A stretch of DNA of 64,000 nt from an uncultured Verrucomicrobiales bacterium (GCA_964622095.1 CAZUPP010000001.1:67393-131392); one strand, 5' to 3'. Shown: positions 27,142-37,204, numbered from the stretch's first letter. The notes: generated by a model from the letters alone, not told the origin. Numbers and translations are program-made.

Positions 27142-28572
27142 ATGAAAAACCTTCCCCCTTTACGCCTCGGCCTTTTTGGCATCGGCCTGGACGCTTACTG
27201 GCCACAGTTCGCCGGGCTGGAAGAACGTCTGCGCGGTTACGTGGAGATCACCGCCAACCGCCTTCAGCGCGACGGCGTTGAGATCGTTAACCTCGGCCTG
27301 ATTGATACCCCGGAAAAAGCGCTCAACGCCGGGCACGACTTCCGACGGCAAGACGTCGATCTCATTTTTCTGCATGTCACTACCTATGCTCTCTCTTCCA
27401 CCGTCCTGCCCGTGGTCCGACGCGCGAAAGTGCCCGTGATCGTCCTCAATCTGCAACCGGAATCCCGGATTGATTACGCGAAATTCAATGCTCTCCCGGG
27501 CCGGACAGAAATGACCGGGGAATGGCTCGCTTCCTGCGCGGCCTGTCCCGTCCCGGAAATTGCCAATGTATTTAATCGGGCAGGCATTCCATTTTATCAG
27601 GTCACCGGCACCCTCCAGGAAAATGACCCGGTGTGGCTGGAAATCAGTGATTGGATCGAAGCGGCGCGCGTCGCCCATATCATGGAACACAATCGCCTCG
27701 GCGTCATGGGTCATTACTACAATGGCATGCTTGATATCTATTCTGATCTCACCCAGCAAGTCGCCGCTTTTGGCGGACATATTGAAATTGTCGAAGTAGA
27801 CGAACTCAGCGCCCTGCGCCGGGAAGTGACGGAGGACGAGATCACCGCACGCGTCGCACATTTCCGTGACGTCTTCGATGTCACTCCCGAATGCAGCCTG
27901 GAAGAATTGACTCGCGCTGCGCGCACCTCCATCGCCCTGGACCGGCTGGTCGATGCGAAAAATCTCGGCTCACTCGCTTACTATTACATGGGCACGGGCG
28001 TGCCTGAGAATGAAGACACGCTCTCTTCCATTATTCTGGGTAATTCGCTTCTGACCGCTCGCGGCATCCCGATGGCGGGCGAACTGGAAATCAAAAATGC
28101 TCAGGCCATGAAAATCATGGACAGCTTCGGCGCGGGCGGCTCCTTCACGGAATATTACGCGGTCGACTATGAAGATGACATCGTCATCATGGGCCACGAC
28201 GGCCCGGGCCATATTGCGATTGCGCAGGGTAAAACCAAGGTGCGCCCGCTGGAAGTTTATCATGGCAAGGTCGGGCGCGGTTTATCGGTAGAAATGTCCG
28301 TCAAACATGGCCCGGTCACCTTGCTTTCCGTGGTCCAACGCGCCGATGGCCAGATTGAACTGCTCTACACAGAAGCGGAATCTGTTCCCGGACCGGTTCT
28401 GGAGATCGGCAACACGAACAGCCGCTATCGGTTTGCCGGCGGGGCACGTGCTTTCATGGAAAGCTGGAACGCCCGCGGCCCGGCGCATCACTGCGCGGTC
28501 GGAGTCGGGCATATCGGCGGCCGGCTGGAGAAGCTCGGACAGCTTCTCGGCCTGGATACGTGCAAAATCTAA
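27142..28572 (+). CDS. L-arabinose-isomerase-family sugar isomerase
   Basis: Collinear with E. coli AraA from memory. AGELEIKNAQAMKIM corresponds to GEGDWKTAALLRIM, GGSFTEYY to TSFMEDY, IMGHDGPG to LGSHMLE, and ARGPAHHCAV to AGGAHHTVF. The ORF opens at 27028, but MKNLPPL at 27142 gives the usual length. Confidence 0.7.
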   Translation: MKNLPPLRLGLFGIGLDAYWPQFAGLEERLRGYVEITANRLQRDGVEIVNLGLIDTPEKALNAGHDFRRQDVDLIFLHVTTYALSSTVLPVVRRAKVPVIVLNLQPESRIDYAKFNALPGRTEMTGEWLASCAACPVPEIANVFNRAGIPFYQVTGTLQENDPVWLEISDWIEAARVAHIMEHNRLGVMGHYYNGMLDIYSDLTQQVAAFGGHIEIVEVDELSALRREVTEDEITARVAHFRDVFDVTPECSLEELTRAARTSIALDRLVDAKNLGSLAYYYMGTGVPENEDTLSSIILGNSLLTARGIPMAGELEIKNAQAMKIMDSFGAGGSFTEYYAVDYEDDIVIMGHDGPGHIAIAQGKTKVRPLEVYHGKVGRGLSVEMSVKHGPVTLLSVVQRADGQIELLYTEAESVPGPVLEIGNTNSRYRFAGGARAFMESWNARGPAHHCAVGVGHIGGRLEKLGQLLGLDTCKI

Positions 28573-28607
28573 ACGCCACCCCGGTCTGCCGCGTCTACAC
28601 CGGTCCT

Positions 28608-29303
28608 ATGAAGCTGCACTACTACGGACACGCCGCCTTTGCCGTTGCACTCAACGGCAAGTTTCTCCTCTTTGATCCTTTCATCTCACCGAACCAGGCG
28701 ACCCATGGCAAGGTGGACATCGGCGAGCTCACCCCTGACTATATTCTGCTCAGTCACGCCCATGAAGATCACGTCGCGGATGTGGAAGCCATCGCCAAGA
28801 AAAGCGGCGGAATGATTGTCGGTATGGCGGAGGTCGCCTATTATTACATGCAGCGCGGGTTCGATAAAGTGCACGCGATGAATTATGGCGGCCAGAAAAC
28901 CTTTGATGACGGCCTCACCGTGAAACAGACGCTCGCCCTCCATTCCAGTTCGTTCCCGGACGGCAGCTATGGCGGTAATCCGAGCGGCTACGTTGTCAGC
29001 TCAGAAAATGACGGCACCTTTTATTTTGCCGGGGATACCGCCCTTTTTTCTGACATGAAACTGATCGCGGAAACTTCACCCAGACCGCTCGATTTTGCCG
29101 TGCTGCCCATCGGCGATAATTTCACCATGGGCGTGAACGACGCCGTGCGCGCGGCTGATTTTCTCGGCGTAAAAAAGGTGGTGGGCTGCCATTACAATAC
29201 CTTTCCACCCATCGAAATCGATACCGGCGCCGCTCAATCCGCTTTCTCTCAGGCCGGTAAAGAATTGCTCCTGCCCGGCATCGGGGAGACGATTGAGGTG
29301 TGA
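28608..29303 (+). CDS. UPF0173-type metal-dependent hydrolase (MBL fold)
   Basis: MKLHYYGHAAFAVALNGKFLLFDPFISPN...ILLSHAHEDHVADV...YFAGDTALFSDM. Confidence 0.8.
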   Translation: MKLHYYGHAAFAVALNGKFLLFDPFISPNQATHGKVDIGELTPDYILLSHAHEDHVADVEAIAKKSGGMIVGMAEVAYYYMQRGFDKVHAMNYGGQKTFDDGLTVKQTLALHSSSFPDGSYGGNPSGYVVSSENDGTFYFAGDTALFSDMKLIAETSPRPLDFAVLPIGDNFTMGVNDAVRAADFLGVKKVVGCHYNTFPPIEIDTGAAQSAFSQAGKELLLPGIGETIEV

Positions 29304-29321
29304 AGAACCTCTGCCGAAAAG

Positions 29322-30155
29322 TCAGGCGACCAGGCTTGTCGAAAACAAATGTTCCCCGACAATAAACACCGGACTGACCGCAGTAGGTGAAGCACAATGG
29401 ACTTCGATGTGGGTAGCCTGCAATAATTCCAGCCGTTCCCGGACAGTTTGACGCGCCAGCTCAGGCGTATTACAATCCATACTCAAATGACTGAGCACAA
29501 GCCGTTGCAGCCGGGTCAGCGGCATGAGCGCTGACAACACCTCACACGCGGCATCATTACTGAGATGCCCGTGCCGGTTCATGATGCGTTGTTTCGTTGA
29601 CCACGGCCGCCGGTTATCCGCGAGGAGCAGCGCCCGGTCATAATTCGTTTCGATAACCAGGGTGTGCACGGTTTTTATCCGGTCAATGACCGCCCGGGTT
29701 GGATGGCCCAGGTCCGTCAGAAAACCGATGCGTTCCCCTTCATTGGCAAAGACCAGACCCACCGGATCCACCGCGTCGTGCGGCACGGGAAACGTTTCGA
29801 CGCGCAGATCATTTATTTCGAAACCGTTACCCGTTTGAAAATATTGAAAATTCGCCGTCTGCGCCAGATCATCCGAGCTGCTCATGAGCACCTCCGCGGT
29901 GAATGGATTAGTGTAAACGGGGATGCCACGCGTAAAATATTTCCGGCACATTACCTCCAGGCCGCGGGTATGATCACTGTGTTCATGGGTAATAATTATC
30001 CCTTCCAAATCCTCCGGCGCACAACCCGCCGCAGCGAGGCGCTTGGTTAATTCACGGCAGGAAAATCCGGCATCCACCAGAAGAGTGGCGTGATCTGTCC
30101 GCACCAGCGAACTGTTCCCGGATGAACTACTGCCCAGAACGGTCAGGGTAAACAT
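29322..30155 (-). CDS. MBL-fold metallo-hydrolase (YycJ/PhnP-like)
   Basis: MFTLTVLGSSSSGNSSLV...LLVDAGFS...IIITHEHSDHTRGL. Confidence 0.8.
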   Translation of the reverse strand: MFTLTVLGSSSSGNSSLVRTDHATLLVDAGFSCRELTKRLAAAGCAPEDLEGIIITHEHSDHTRGLEVMCRKYFTRGIPVYTNPFTAEVLMSSSDDLAQTANFQYFQTGNGFEINDLRVETFPVPHDAVDPVGLVFANEGERIGFLTDLGHPTRAVIDRIKTVHTLVIETNYDRALLLADNRRPWSTKQRIMNRHGHLSNDAACEVLSALMPLTRLQRLVLSHLSMDCNTPELARQTVRERLELLQATHIEVHCASPTAVSPVFIVGEHLFSTSLVA

Positions 30156-30340
30156 AGCAACAAAACAAAATACACAATCACGCCATCGACCGGGCGCCGT
30201 CTCACCTCAATCCGCCCGGCCATCATGCATTGATTCATTTGATTGCACAAGATATTGCGGACACCTCGCCAACTCGCAACCAAATCTTGCGAATTAATCC
30301 GCCCTTGCCAAAGACGGTCCATGCCAGATGCTAATCAATC

Positions 30341-31591
30341 GTGGAACCTCAGAAAATCGATTCACCACCGGCTGACGAGCATCCTCCCGAAGAATTCGCC
30401 GAGGCCGAATTCTTCCCGGAAGACGAACAGAATGGCACCGCCGCCGGCCTTGCCCTGACCAGCATTAAAGAGTTACGCCGTCGCGCGCGCGACCTCGCGC
30501 AGGGGGATCCGGCCGCCACCGTGCCTGCCTGCCTGCACGCTCAGCTGGAACGCATCCTGGAGCGCACGACCCGTAAAGGTGACCGCTACCATGAACTGCA
30601 TCTGGCCGACAGCGAAGCCAGCCTCAACCTGAAAGCTTGGGCGGACAGCCCGGCTGCTCCCCTTTGTGACAGCGGCACCCTGCGCGCCGGGCAGTTCCTC
30701 GAGATCACCGGCAATTTCAATCACGACGAACGTTTCGGGCTCAGCGCCGATACCGATCTGCGCGTGCGCCTGATGCAGCCGGAGGACAACGAAGCGGACG
30801 CGCGCGACGTCGACAACCTGCTTCATGGCGGCCTGGAACATCGCCGCGAGGCCCTGGAACAGGAATGGCGTGAACTGCGCGAGATGCTCGCCACCGTGCG
30901 TGATCCCCGTCTGCGCGCGTTGCACGACGCTTTTCTGGATCAGCATGGCCCACGCTTCCGCCGCACCGCCGCTGCCCGCAGCTATCACCATGCGCGCCGG
31001 GGCGGTTTACTGGAGCATACCACGCAGATGATGCGCAGCGCGGTGGCTCTGTGCCGGGTTTATCCGCAATTGAACCGGGATCTGCTTATCGCGGGCGTCC
31101 TTTTTCATGACAGCGGCAAACTCTGGGAGACCGCCTGCCCGGAACGCGGATTTCGGCTGGCCTATCAGGTGCGGGCCGAGTTGCTCGGCCACATCAGTAT
31201 CGGCATCGAACTGGTTAACAAACTCTGGGCCGGGCTCGATACCGCGGCGTGGGATGATCTCCAGCCGAAGAGCGATGAGGTGCGTCTGCATCTGCTCCAT
31301 CTCATTGCCAGCCATCACGGCACGCGCGAGTTCGGGTCGCCGATCGATCCGAAAACTCCGGAGGCTTTTGCCCTGCACTACATCGACAACCTCGACGCCA
31401 AGCTGGAAATGATGCGCGATGTCTATGCCGAAGGCGCCCTGCTTGATCCGGGGGTTTATGAACGGCAACGGCCTTTCCCATCCAACCTCACCGCGGCCTT
31501 GCCGGCCTTTGCATTCCAGTATGAAGAAAATGCCGCGGAAACCGAAAGGGCACCCGGCCCGGTCTCAGATGATTCGCCGCGTCCCGATTAG
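30341..31591 (+). CDS. OB-fold plus HD-domain phosphohydrolase (YhaM-like 3'-5' exoribonuclease family)
   Basis: GGLLEHTTQMM...GVLFHDSGKLWE...LIASHHGTREFGSPIDPKTPEAFALHYIDNLDAK. It has a GTG start and an acidic N-terminal extension. Confidence 0.7.
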   Translation: MEPQKIDSPPADEHPPEEFAEAEFFPEDEQNGTAAGLALTSIKELRRRARDLAQGDPAATVPACLHAQLERILERTTRKGDRYHELHLADSEASLNLKAWADSPAAPLCDSGTLRAGQFLEITGNFNHDERFGLSADTDLRVRLMQPEDNEADARDVDNLLHGGLEHRREALEQEWRELREMLATVRDPRLRALHDAFLDQHGPRFRRTAAARSYHHARRGGLLEHTTQMMRSAVALCRVYPQLNRDLLIAGVLFHDSGKLWETACPERGFRLAYQVRAELLGHISIGIELVNKLWAGLDTAAWDDLQPKSDEVRLHLLHLIASHHGTREFGSPIDPKTPEAFALHYIDNLDAKLEMMRDVYAEGALLDPGVYERQRPFPSNLTAALPAFAFQYEENAAETERAPGPVSDDSPRPD

Positions 31592-31648
31592 AACAGAGAC
31601 GGGCTGCTTTGCGCATTCGCTGGACAAAACATCTGCCCTTGCGAGAGG

Positions 31649-32206
31649 GTGCAGCGTCATATGATGGATGCCACTGAGGAGAATGTCCGGAAGCGTTTTG
31701 AGGCGCATTTTTTTAAGGATCCCCAAATTGATGAGAGCGCCTTTGTCGCAAAAAGCGCGGAGATCATGGGGGACGTGCGTCTGGGCCCGTTAACCAGCGT
31801 TTTTCCCCAGTGCGTCCTGCGCGGGGACATCAGTTACATTGAGGTGGGGGAGGGGTCCAACATCCAGGACGGCACCGTCGTCCATCTGGCGGATGATTTG
31901 CCCGTGGTCATCGGCAAATATGTCACCATCGGGCATCAAGCGATGATCCACGCCTGCACCATTGAAGATGAATGTCTCATCGGGATGAGTGCCACGGTCC
32001 TGGATGGCGCGGTCATCGGGCGACGCTCAATCGTTGGGGCCGGAGCGGTGGTCACGCCGGGTATGCAGGTGCCACCTGGATCAATGGTCCTCGGCGTCCC
32101 GGCCAAGATCGTGCGCCGGCTGACTGAGGAAGAACAGGCCAGCGTCCGCACCTGGGCAGATAAATATGTCGCCGGCTCCCGTATCCATAAGGAGGCGGGC
32201 ACATGA
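31649..32206 (+). CDS. Gamma-carbonic-anhydrase-like hexapeptide-repeat protein
   Basis: Left-handed beta-helix repeats: VRLGPLTSVFPQCVLRGD...IEVGEGSNIQDGTVVH...VIGKYVTIGHQAMIHACTIEDECLIGMSATVLDGAVIG. Confidence 0.85.
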   Translation: MQRHMMDATEENVRKRFEAHFFKDPQIDESAFVAKSAEIMGDVRLGPLTSVFPQCVLRGDISYIEVGEGSNIQDGTVVHLADDLPVVIGKYVTIGHQAMIHACTIEDECLIGMSATVLDGAVIGRRSIVGAGAVVTPGMQVPPGSMVLGVPAKIVRRLTEEEQASVRTWADKYVAGSRIHKEAGT

Positions 32207-32217
32207 GGTTCACCGAT

Positions 32218-35200
32218 TTATTCCAGCGAGAGCCTTTCCGCTTCGAGAGGATTTAGCATGCGCGAATAAACGCGCACCTGCGCGAGGGCGCCATCCAGCG
32301 GTTGCAGTTCAACCCCGTCTTCACGCTCGAAACCCTCGACAATTTCGCCGAGGGCGCAGCCGAAGCTCAGCCCTTCGGTGGCCGGGCGGAAATCGTGGTG
32401 CACCGCGGACTGGTCCACCAGTGCGCCATTCACATACAGCTGCGCTAACCGGCCGAGTGAAAAAACGATTAAGGGCCAGTCATCCAGCGGATCAGGCGCA
32501 AGCTGCTCCAGAGTGGGATCCGCCGGGGCGGGATCTGGCGGTGCGATGGGCGCAAGCTGCGCTTCAAGCCGTTGAACCGCCGCGCCAAGCCGGATCAGAC
32601 CCACGACACGCGGGAACAACTTCAGATCCCCGCGCCCACGTTCTTCGATTGATTCACGCTCGAACTCGACCGCCGCCGCAAAACCCATTTCGGGCGAACC
32701 AAAGTCAACCAGCAGCCGGGGCTGAACTGGCTGCGGGATGCCTCCGGACTCCGTGAGCCGGGTCAGTTCTTCGTAACTGGGCAGATTCAGCCGGAAAGCG
32801 ATCGACCAGCCATCGGAGGCACTCTCCATATGGCGGAGGTTGATGCTGCCCGCTTCGAAAACAACCAGCCCGTCAGGCTCAAGGGCGCCAGGCCCAGGCT
32901 CCGAATGATCCGCATCGAACGTCGCGCCGATCAGCTCGGCGTCCGAACGAATCAGTGACATTTTCGGTCCGGCGATCGCGTGTTGTCCGCGCCCCGACTC
33001 ATCAAATCCCGGAAAACTGGCCGAACGGAATTCGTAGTGAGCGCACAGTCCTTCGTTCAGGGCGATTTCGTTGTCGAACCGGACCAGAAGCAGATCTGGC
33101 CGTGGCTGCCGGACAGACGGGGCATGATGAGTGGCGTCGTCGATGAGATCTTTCTCTGGTAGCGCCGGAAAAAAGCGCGCTATGAGCGGCGGCGGATTTC
33201 CCTCCTGCCAGATCCAGATCAGGGCAGAGTCCGCGTCCGGGACTTGGTCGAAGGCCGGTTGCGCAAGGTGCGGTTTCCCTTGTTCAGCGTCCCGCGGCAT
33301 TTCCGGGATCACAAGGCTCGCCCCGGGAGTGCCGGGGTGAAAGATTGCGACCGGTTGATTCCGCGGAGCCTGATCCATCACCGTGCCGAGGAATCGTCCG
33401 CTCGCAGCCGCATTGTCTGAAGGCAGACCGGAGACGATGCCGCCATAAAAATTATGCCTTCCTTCTAAGGGCCCATTGATGTGCAACCGGATAGCATCGT
33501 CTGATTTCAGGATCAATCCATGGTGCTCCGAGCGCGCACCACAAAGGAGGTGCTTTATACCCGGTGCCCCAAGGGTTTCTCCGGCGGATTCGTAGGCGCA
33601 GGATTCCGTAAAGAGCGCTCCGGCGCCGGGCATCTGCTGAAAGAGCGCTCCGCCTGTCGTGCGAACTTCTCTTAGAACAACGTCCCGGCCATTCTCATGC
33701 CGCAACACGGCCAGCCGGGAGAGCGCATGCATCGGGATCTCAAAACCCTCGATCGTGAGCGGACCGGCTTGTGCCGGGGCCTCCGGTTCGGAGGCAGCCT
33801 CCTCGTCTTCTTCGCCGCCGTCTTTTTCTCCGGGTTCCGTGTTCTTTGGATTGGCGGCATAAAAAATGGCACCTGCCTTTTCCTGCATCTCCAGGGTGGG
33901 GATCAGCACGGTCCCGGCACCAAGAATCCGGCCGGCACCGCCGGGAATGGTCAGCGGAGAGCTGATACTGAATTCACCCGCAGGGAGAAAAACTGTTTCG
34001 CCATCTCGCGCTTCATCAAGGAGTGCCTGGAAGCTTCTCGTGTCATCGGCGCTAGCTCCAGGCTCGGCCTTGAGCATGAGCCAGCGCTCCGGTTTCGGCC
34101 ACGGCACCTCTTCGATTTCCAAGACAGCAAGTTCCCCGGCAGAATCGTCACCATTCAACGATTCGAGCCATTGCGACTGGCCTTCACTCGGCTCTGCCGT
34201 GAGCGGTGTCGCCAATCCTTGAATCTCCTTCCGGCCCGGTCCGTCCGTCACGCGGGTGAAGGCTCGGTCTGTATCGTCCGACAGGTCTTTCGGCACGGCC
34301 AGATCATGGCGGCGTATCGTGCTGTCCCAGATAAAGGCCGCTCCGGTTTTAAGAGCGACCGCCGCATTCTCCCGCTGAGACCAGGCATCCAGGTCAGCGC
34401 GTCCCAGGACAAGAAGGCCCCCTGCATTGTCGCTGCTCTGCTGCAGGACCGGCTGAGACACACCTTCGGTCCGAAGATTCAGGGCGGTGACAGCCTGCCC
34501 TCGGGCCCATAGACCGGCCTGACCCTGTTCACGGAGCCGGACGTTGTGCAGAAGGAGTGATGACGGCTCTCCAGCTGTGACGATCCCCGCAAGAAATCCT
34601 TCGATACTTACCTCCCCCACGAGGAGTGATCCGAATGGTTCATCATCCAGTTGCAGCCCGATGCGTGGTGCTTCCGCGACTCCCAGAGCGGTTGGCGCGG
34701 CGATACGGACCCGGCGCAGGGTGCCACCGGGGGCGGAAGAAAATCGCATGCCCACCGCGCCCGGATTCCCCTCAGTGAGTTCCAGGGTGAAATCGCTGAC
34801 GTGCACCCGGGGCCGCCGCTCGTCTTCCTGACTCTTTCTGGGCGGCGGAAAATCAAGCAGCGCCGCGGGTTTGGACGAATCCTGAAAATCTGGTGAATCC
34901 CCATCCAGACGGATGATGGTTCCTTCAAGTGACTGCCCGCGAAAGGTGACAGATTCCCCGAAACGAGGCGGCATAACCAATGGCCGGCTGATCCGGTAGG
35001 TTCCATTCGGCAGGAAAACACCCTGCGGAGCGGTCGTCAGCGCCAGGAGGAGCGCTCCCCAGGAGTCATTCTGTCCGGTGGGATCTGCCAGGTATGGCTC
35101 AGCCGTCACGTCCAGCCAACCTGGCATTTCCGGAGGCAAAGGCTGGGTGAACTCGCCTGGCCGCGGGTTCAAACGGGGCGGCGCGGTTTCCGGCCGCTCG

Positions 35201-35859
35201 AGCTGCGTAAAGCCGGTGCGTCCCTGAAAAAGGTCACCCAACCGGATGCTGGCGTGGCGGAGATAACACAGGTCTTCGATTCCGCCATCGGGCGTCTCAG
35301 CTTCCACTTCCAGGCGGATCAGCAGGAGCGGTTTCTCGGGTGAAAGCAGGTCAAGACGCAGGTCATGCTGCAGGCGCGCAGTCAGCATGAAGTCGAACTC
35401 ATGAGGGGCGTCCGGCTGAGTTTCGATTTGCCTCGTCGCGATGACTGGCCCACGGGTTTCTTCGAGCCAGTCCCAGCTTTCTTCCTCCAGCTCAGAGAGA
35501 TTGGTGGTCGCCTGGATCCTGATAATCGCCTGCCCTTTTTCCGGCCCGGATAGCTTGATCTGGAGGGAGACCGCGGGCTCGAGTTCATCCAGAAGATGCA
35601 GCACCGGAGAGAGATCCCAGACCAGAACCGCTGACCATTGATCACGGCCGATCGGACCGAGAGGGACGCTTTTGGGTGATAACTCGCCCCCCGCCTCCAG
35701 CCGCCGCATGGTCCCTGAACTATTCAGGACAAAGACATCTGTCGGCTTTTCCTCGAGCGTTTCGTCCCGGGTCAGTCCTTGCCCTGACGTCAGTAAACTG
35801 CCAGCGACCAGGATCAGGCAGGAGCTGGTAAGGGAAAGGCGGCGCACAGCATCAGCCAT
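32218..35859 (-). CDS. Large secreted protein with two pectate-lyase-fold (beta-helix) modules and LamG-like C-terminal domains
   Basis: Signal peptide LILVAGSLLTSGQG. Two Pectate_lyase_3-like starts: DPTGQNDSWGALLLALTTAPQGVFLPNGTYRISRPL and DDTRSFQALLDEARDGETVFLPAGEFSISSPL. LamG-type end: LDGALAQVRVYSRMLNPLEAERL. Confidence 0.65.
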   Translation of the reverse strand: MADAVRRLSLTSSCLILVAGSLLTSGQGLTRDETLEEKPTDVFVLNSSGTMRRLEAGGELSPKSVPLGPIGRDQWSAVLVWDLSPVLHLLDELEPAVSLQIKLSGPEKGQAIIRIQATTNLSELEEESWDWLEETRGPVIATRQIETQPDAPHEFDFMLTARLQHDLRLDLLSPEKPLLLIRLEVEAETPDGGIEDLCYLRHASIRLGDLFQGRTGFTQLERPETAPPRLNPRPGEFTQPLPPEMPGWLDVTAEPYLADPTGQNDSWGALLLALTTAPQGVFLPNGTYRISRPLVMPPRFGESVTFRGQSLEGTIIRLDGDSPDFQDSSKPAALLDFPPPRKSQEDERRPRVHVSDFTLELTEGNPGAVGMRFSSAPGGTLRRVRIAAPTALGVAEAPRIGLQLDDEPFGSLLVGEVSIEGFLAGIVTAGEPSSLLLHNVRLREQGQAGLWARGQAVTALNLRTEGVSQPVLQQSSDNAGGLLVLGRADLDAWSQRENAAVALKTGAAFIWDSTIRRHDLAVPKDLSDDTDRAFTRVTDGPGRKEIQGLATPLTAEPSEGQSQWLESLNGDDSAGELAVLEIEEVPWPKPERWLMLKAEPGASADDTRSFQALLDEARDGETVFLPAGEFSISSPLTIPGGAGRILGAGTVLIPTLEMQEKAGAIFYAANPKNTEPGEKDGGEEDEEAASEPEAPAQAGPLTIEGFEIPMHALSRLAVLRHENGRDVVLREVRTTGGALFQQMPGAGALFTESCAYESAGETLGAPGIKHLLCGARSEHHGLILKSDDAIRLHINGPLEGRHNFYGGIVSGLPSDNAAASGRFLGTVMDQAPRNQPVAIFHPGTPGASLVIPEMPRDAEQGKPHLAQPAFDQVPDADSALIWIWQEGNPPPLIARFFPALPEKDLIDDATHHAPSVRQPRPDLLLVRFDNEIALNEGLCAHYEFRSASFPGFDESGRGQHAIAGPKMSLIRSDAELIGATFDADHSEPGPGALEPDGLVVFEAGSINLRHMESASDGWSIAFRLNLPSYEELTRLTESGGIPQPVQPRLLVDFGSPEMGFAAAVEFERESIEERGRGDLKLFPRVVGLIRLGAAVQRLEAQLAPIAPPDPAPADPTLEQLAPDPLDDWPLIVFSLGRLAQLYVNGALVDQSAVHHDFRPATEGLSFGCALGEIVEGFEREDGVELQPLDGALAQVRVYSRMLNPLEAERLSLE

Positions 35860-35899
35860 ACGCCGCCCTTGCCTGAAATCAAAGTTCGTTCGGCCAGGA

Positions 35900-36523
35900 T
35901 CAGTATTTCTGGGCTACTTCCGGATCAACCTTCTCATCCAGCTTCAACGAAGCCGAATTGATGCAGTAACGAAGGCCGGTCGGCTTCGGGCCATCGGGAA
36001 AGACATGACCCAGATGTGAACCGCAGTTATTGCAGATCACCTCCGTGCGGCGCATGCCCAGCGAATTATCTTCTTTCTCCCCCACATGATTTTTCTCCGC
36101 CGGCTTGTAAAAGCTTGGCCAGCCGGTGCCGGAATCAAACTTCGTTATTGAACTGAAAAGCGGCAGCTCGCACACGATGCACCGGTAGAGCCCGGGAGTC
36201 TTTTCGTCATTGTATTCATTCGCGAAAGGACGCTCCGTGCCATGTTCCTGCGTCACGTAATACTGCTTGTCCGTGAGCTTTTCTTTGATTTCTGCGTCAC
36301 TGGGGACCGGGTATTGTTCCATTGTGTGTTTCGGTAGGGGTGAGTTGATTTCGCGCAAATTGGCCTCGAGAGATTCCTCTGCCGCAGTCTGCGGATTCCA
36401 GAGATTCGTCAGGCCCACAAAGATCACAGCCAACCCGGCCAGACCCATGATGCCGATGGCGACTTTGTAAACGACGGGGTTTTCATTGTTGTTCGTTTCC
36501 ATGGCGTTATTGATTAGAATCAA
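35900..36523 (-). CDS. msrB: Peptide-methionine (R)-S-oxide reductase MsrB with N-terminal membrane anchor
   Basis: [17 protein letters not shown]...[24 protein letters not shown]...[17 protein letters not shown]...RYCINS. A TM helix [18 protein letters not shown] precedes the catalytic domain. Confidence 0.9.
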   Translation of the reverse strand: MILINNAMETNNNENPVVYKVAIGIMGLAGLAVIFVGLTNLWNPQTAAEESLEANLREINSPLPKHTMEQYPVPSDAEIKEKLTDKQYYVTQEHGTERPFANEYNDEKTPGLYRCIVCELPLFSSITKFDSGTGWPSFYKPAEKNHVGEKEDNSLGMRRTEVICNNCGSHLGHVFPDGPKPTGLRYCINSASLKLDEKVDPEVAQKY

Positions 36524-36575
36524 TTTAAGCGGGATTCATTCCTTGGAAAGATTTGATCGATCTCGCACGCATGCC

Positions 36576-37115
36576 ATGACAAAAAAAGAACTTGCCCGGC
36601 GGGTCTATGACCTGAGTCATCTGACCGGCACCTTTACCTTAAGATCTGGACAGCTAAGCACGGAGTACTTCGACAAGTATCTCTTCGAAGCGGATCCGGA
36701 GGTTCTGCTCGAGGTTGCACGTCATTTGGCCGAACTCGTGCCGGAAGGTACTGAAGTCATCGCGGGCTTGGAAATGGGGGGTATCCCGCTCGCCACCATG
36801 ATCTCCCAGTTCACCGGTTTACCGACTGCCTTCGTGCGGAAAACGGCAAAGGAATACGGCACGGCTAAAGTGGCCGAGGGCGCATCTCCCGAAGGGAAGC
36901 GGGTGGTGGTGATCGAGGATGTGGTCACCTCCGGAGGCCAGATCATTCGTTCCGCGCGCGACCTGAGAGATGCGGGAGCTCACTTGGAGACCGTCCTGTG
37001 TGTCATTGACCGGCAGGCCGGGGGTGCGGAGAAGCTTCAGGAGAATTACCTGGAGTTACGCAGCCTTTTTACGATGGAGGAACTAAAAGCCGCGGCGGCG
37101 GACGCCGGTGAATAG
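36576..37115 (+). CDS. pyrE: Orotate phosphoribosyltransferase
   Basis: FTLRSGQLSTEYFDKY, GLEMGGIPLAT and the PRPP motif RVVVIEDVVTSGGQI. The ORF opens at 36486, but the Met at 36576 avoids overlap with msrB. Confidence 0.9.
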   Translation: MTKKELARRVYDLSHLTGTFTLRSGQLSTEYFDKYLFEADPEVLLEVARHLAELVPEGTEVIAGLEMGGIPLATMISQFTGLPTAFVRKTAKEYGTAKVAEGASPEGKRVVVIEDVVTSGGQIIRSARDLRDAGAHLETVLCVIDRQAGGAEKLQENYLELRSLFTMEELKAAAADAGE

Positions 37116-37144
37116 CTTGCGCGTGAAGGCTGCGCACAAAAAAA

Positions 37145-37173
37145 GCGCGGTCTCTTAAAGGCAGAGACCGCGC
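37145..37173 (-). terminator. Rho-independent terminator (mainly for the minus-strand gene; possibly bidirectional)
   Basis: GCGCGGTCTCT-TAAAGGC-AGAGACCGCGC is a perfect 11-bp stem. On the minus strand a T7 run follows it (A7 at 37138-37144 on plus). It lies between convergent pyrE and 37205-37471. Confidence 0.6.
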
Positions 37174-37204
37174 CCGGAAATCAATTCTTAGCACTCCCTG
37201 AGGG

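Noticed and set aside
32166-32756. 196-aa plus-strand ORF after the gamma-CA-like gene
   Set aside because: It is an Arg/Pro/Ala-rich shadow of the 3' end of the 1213-aa minus-strand gene.
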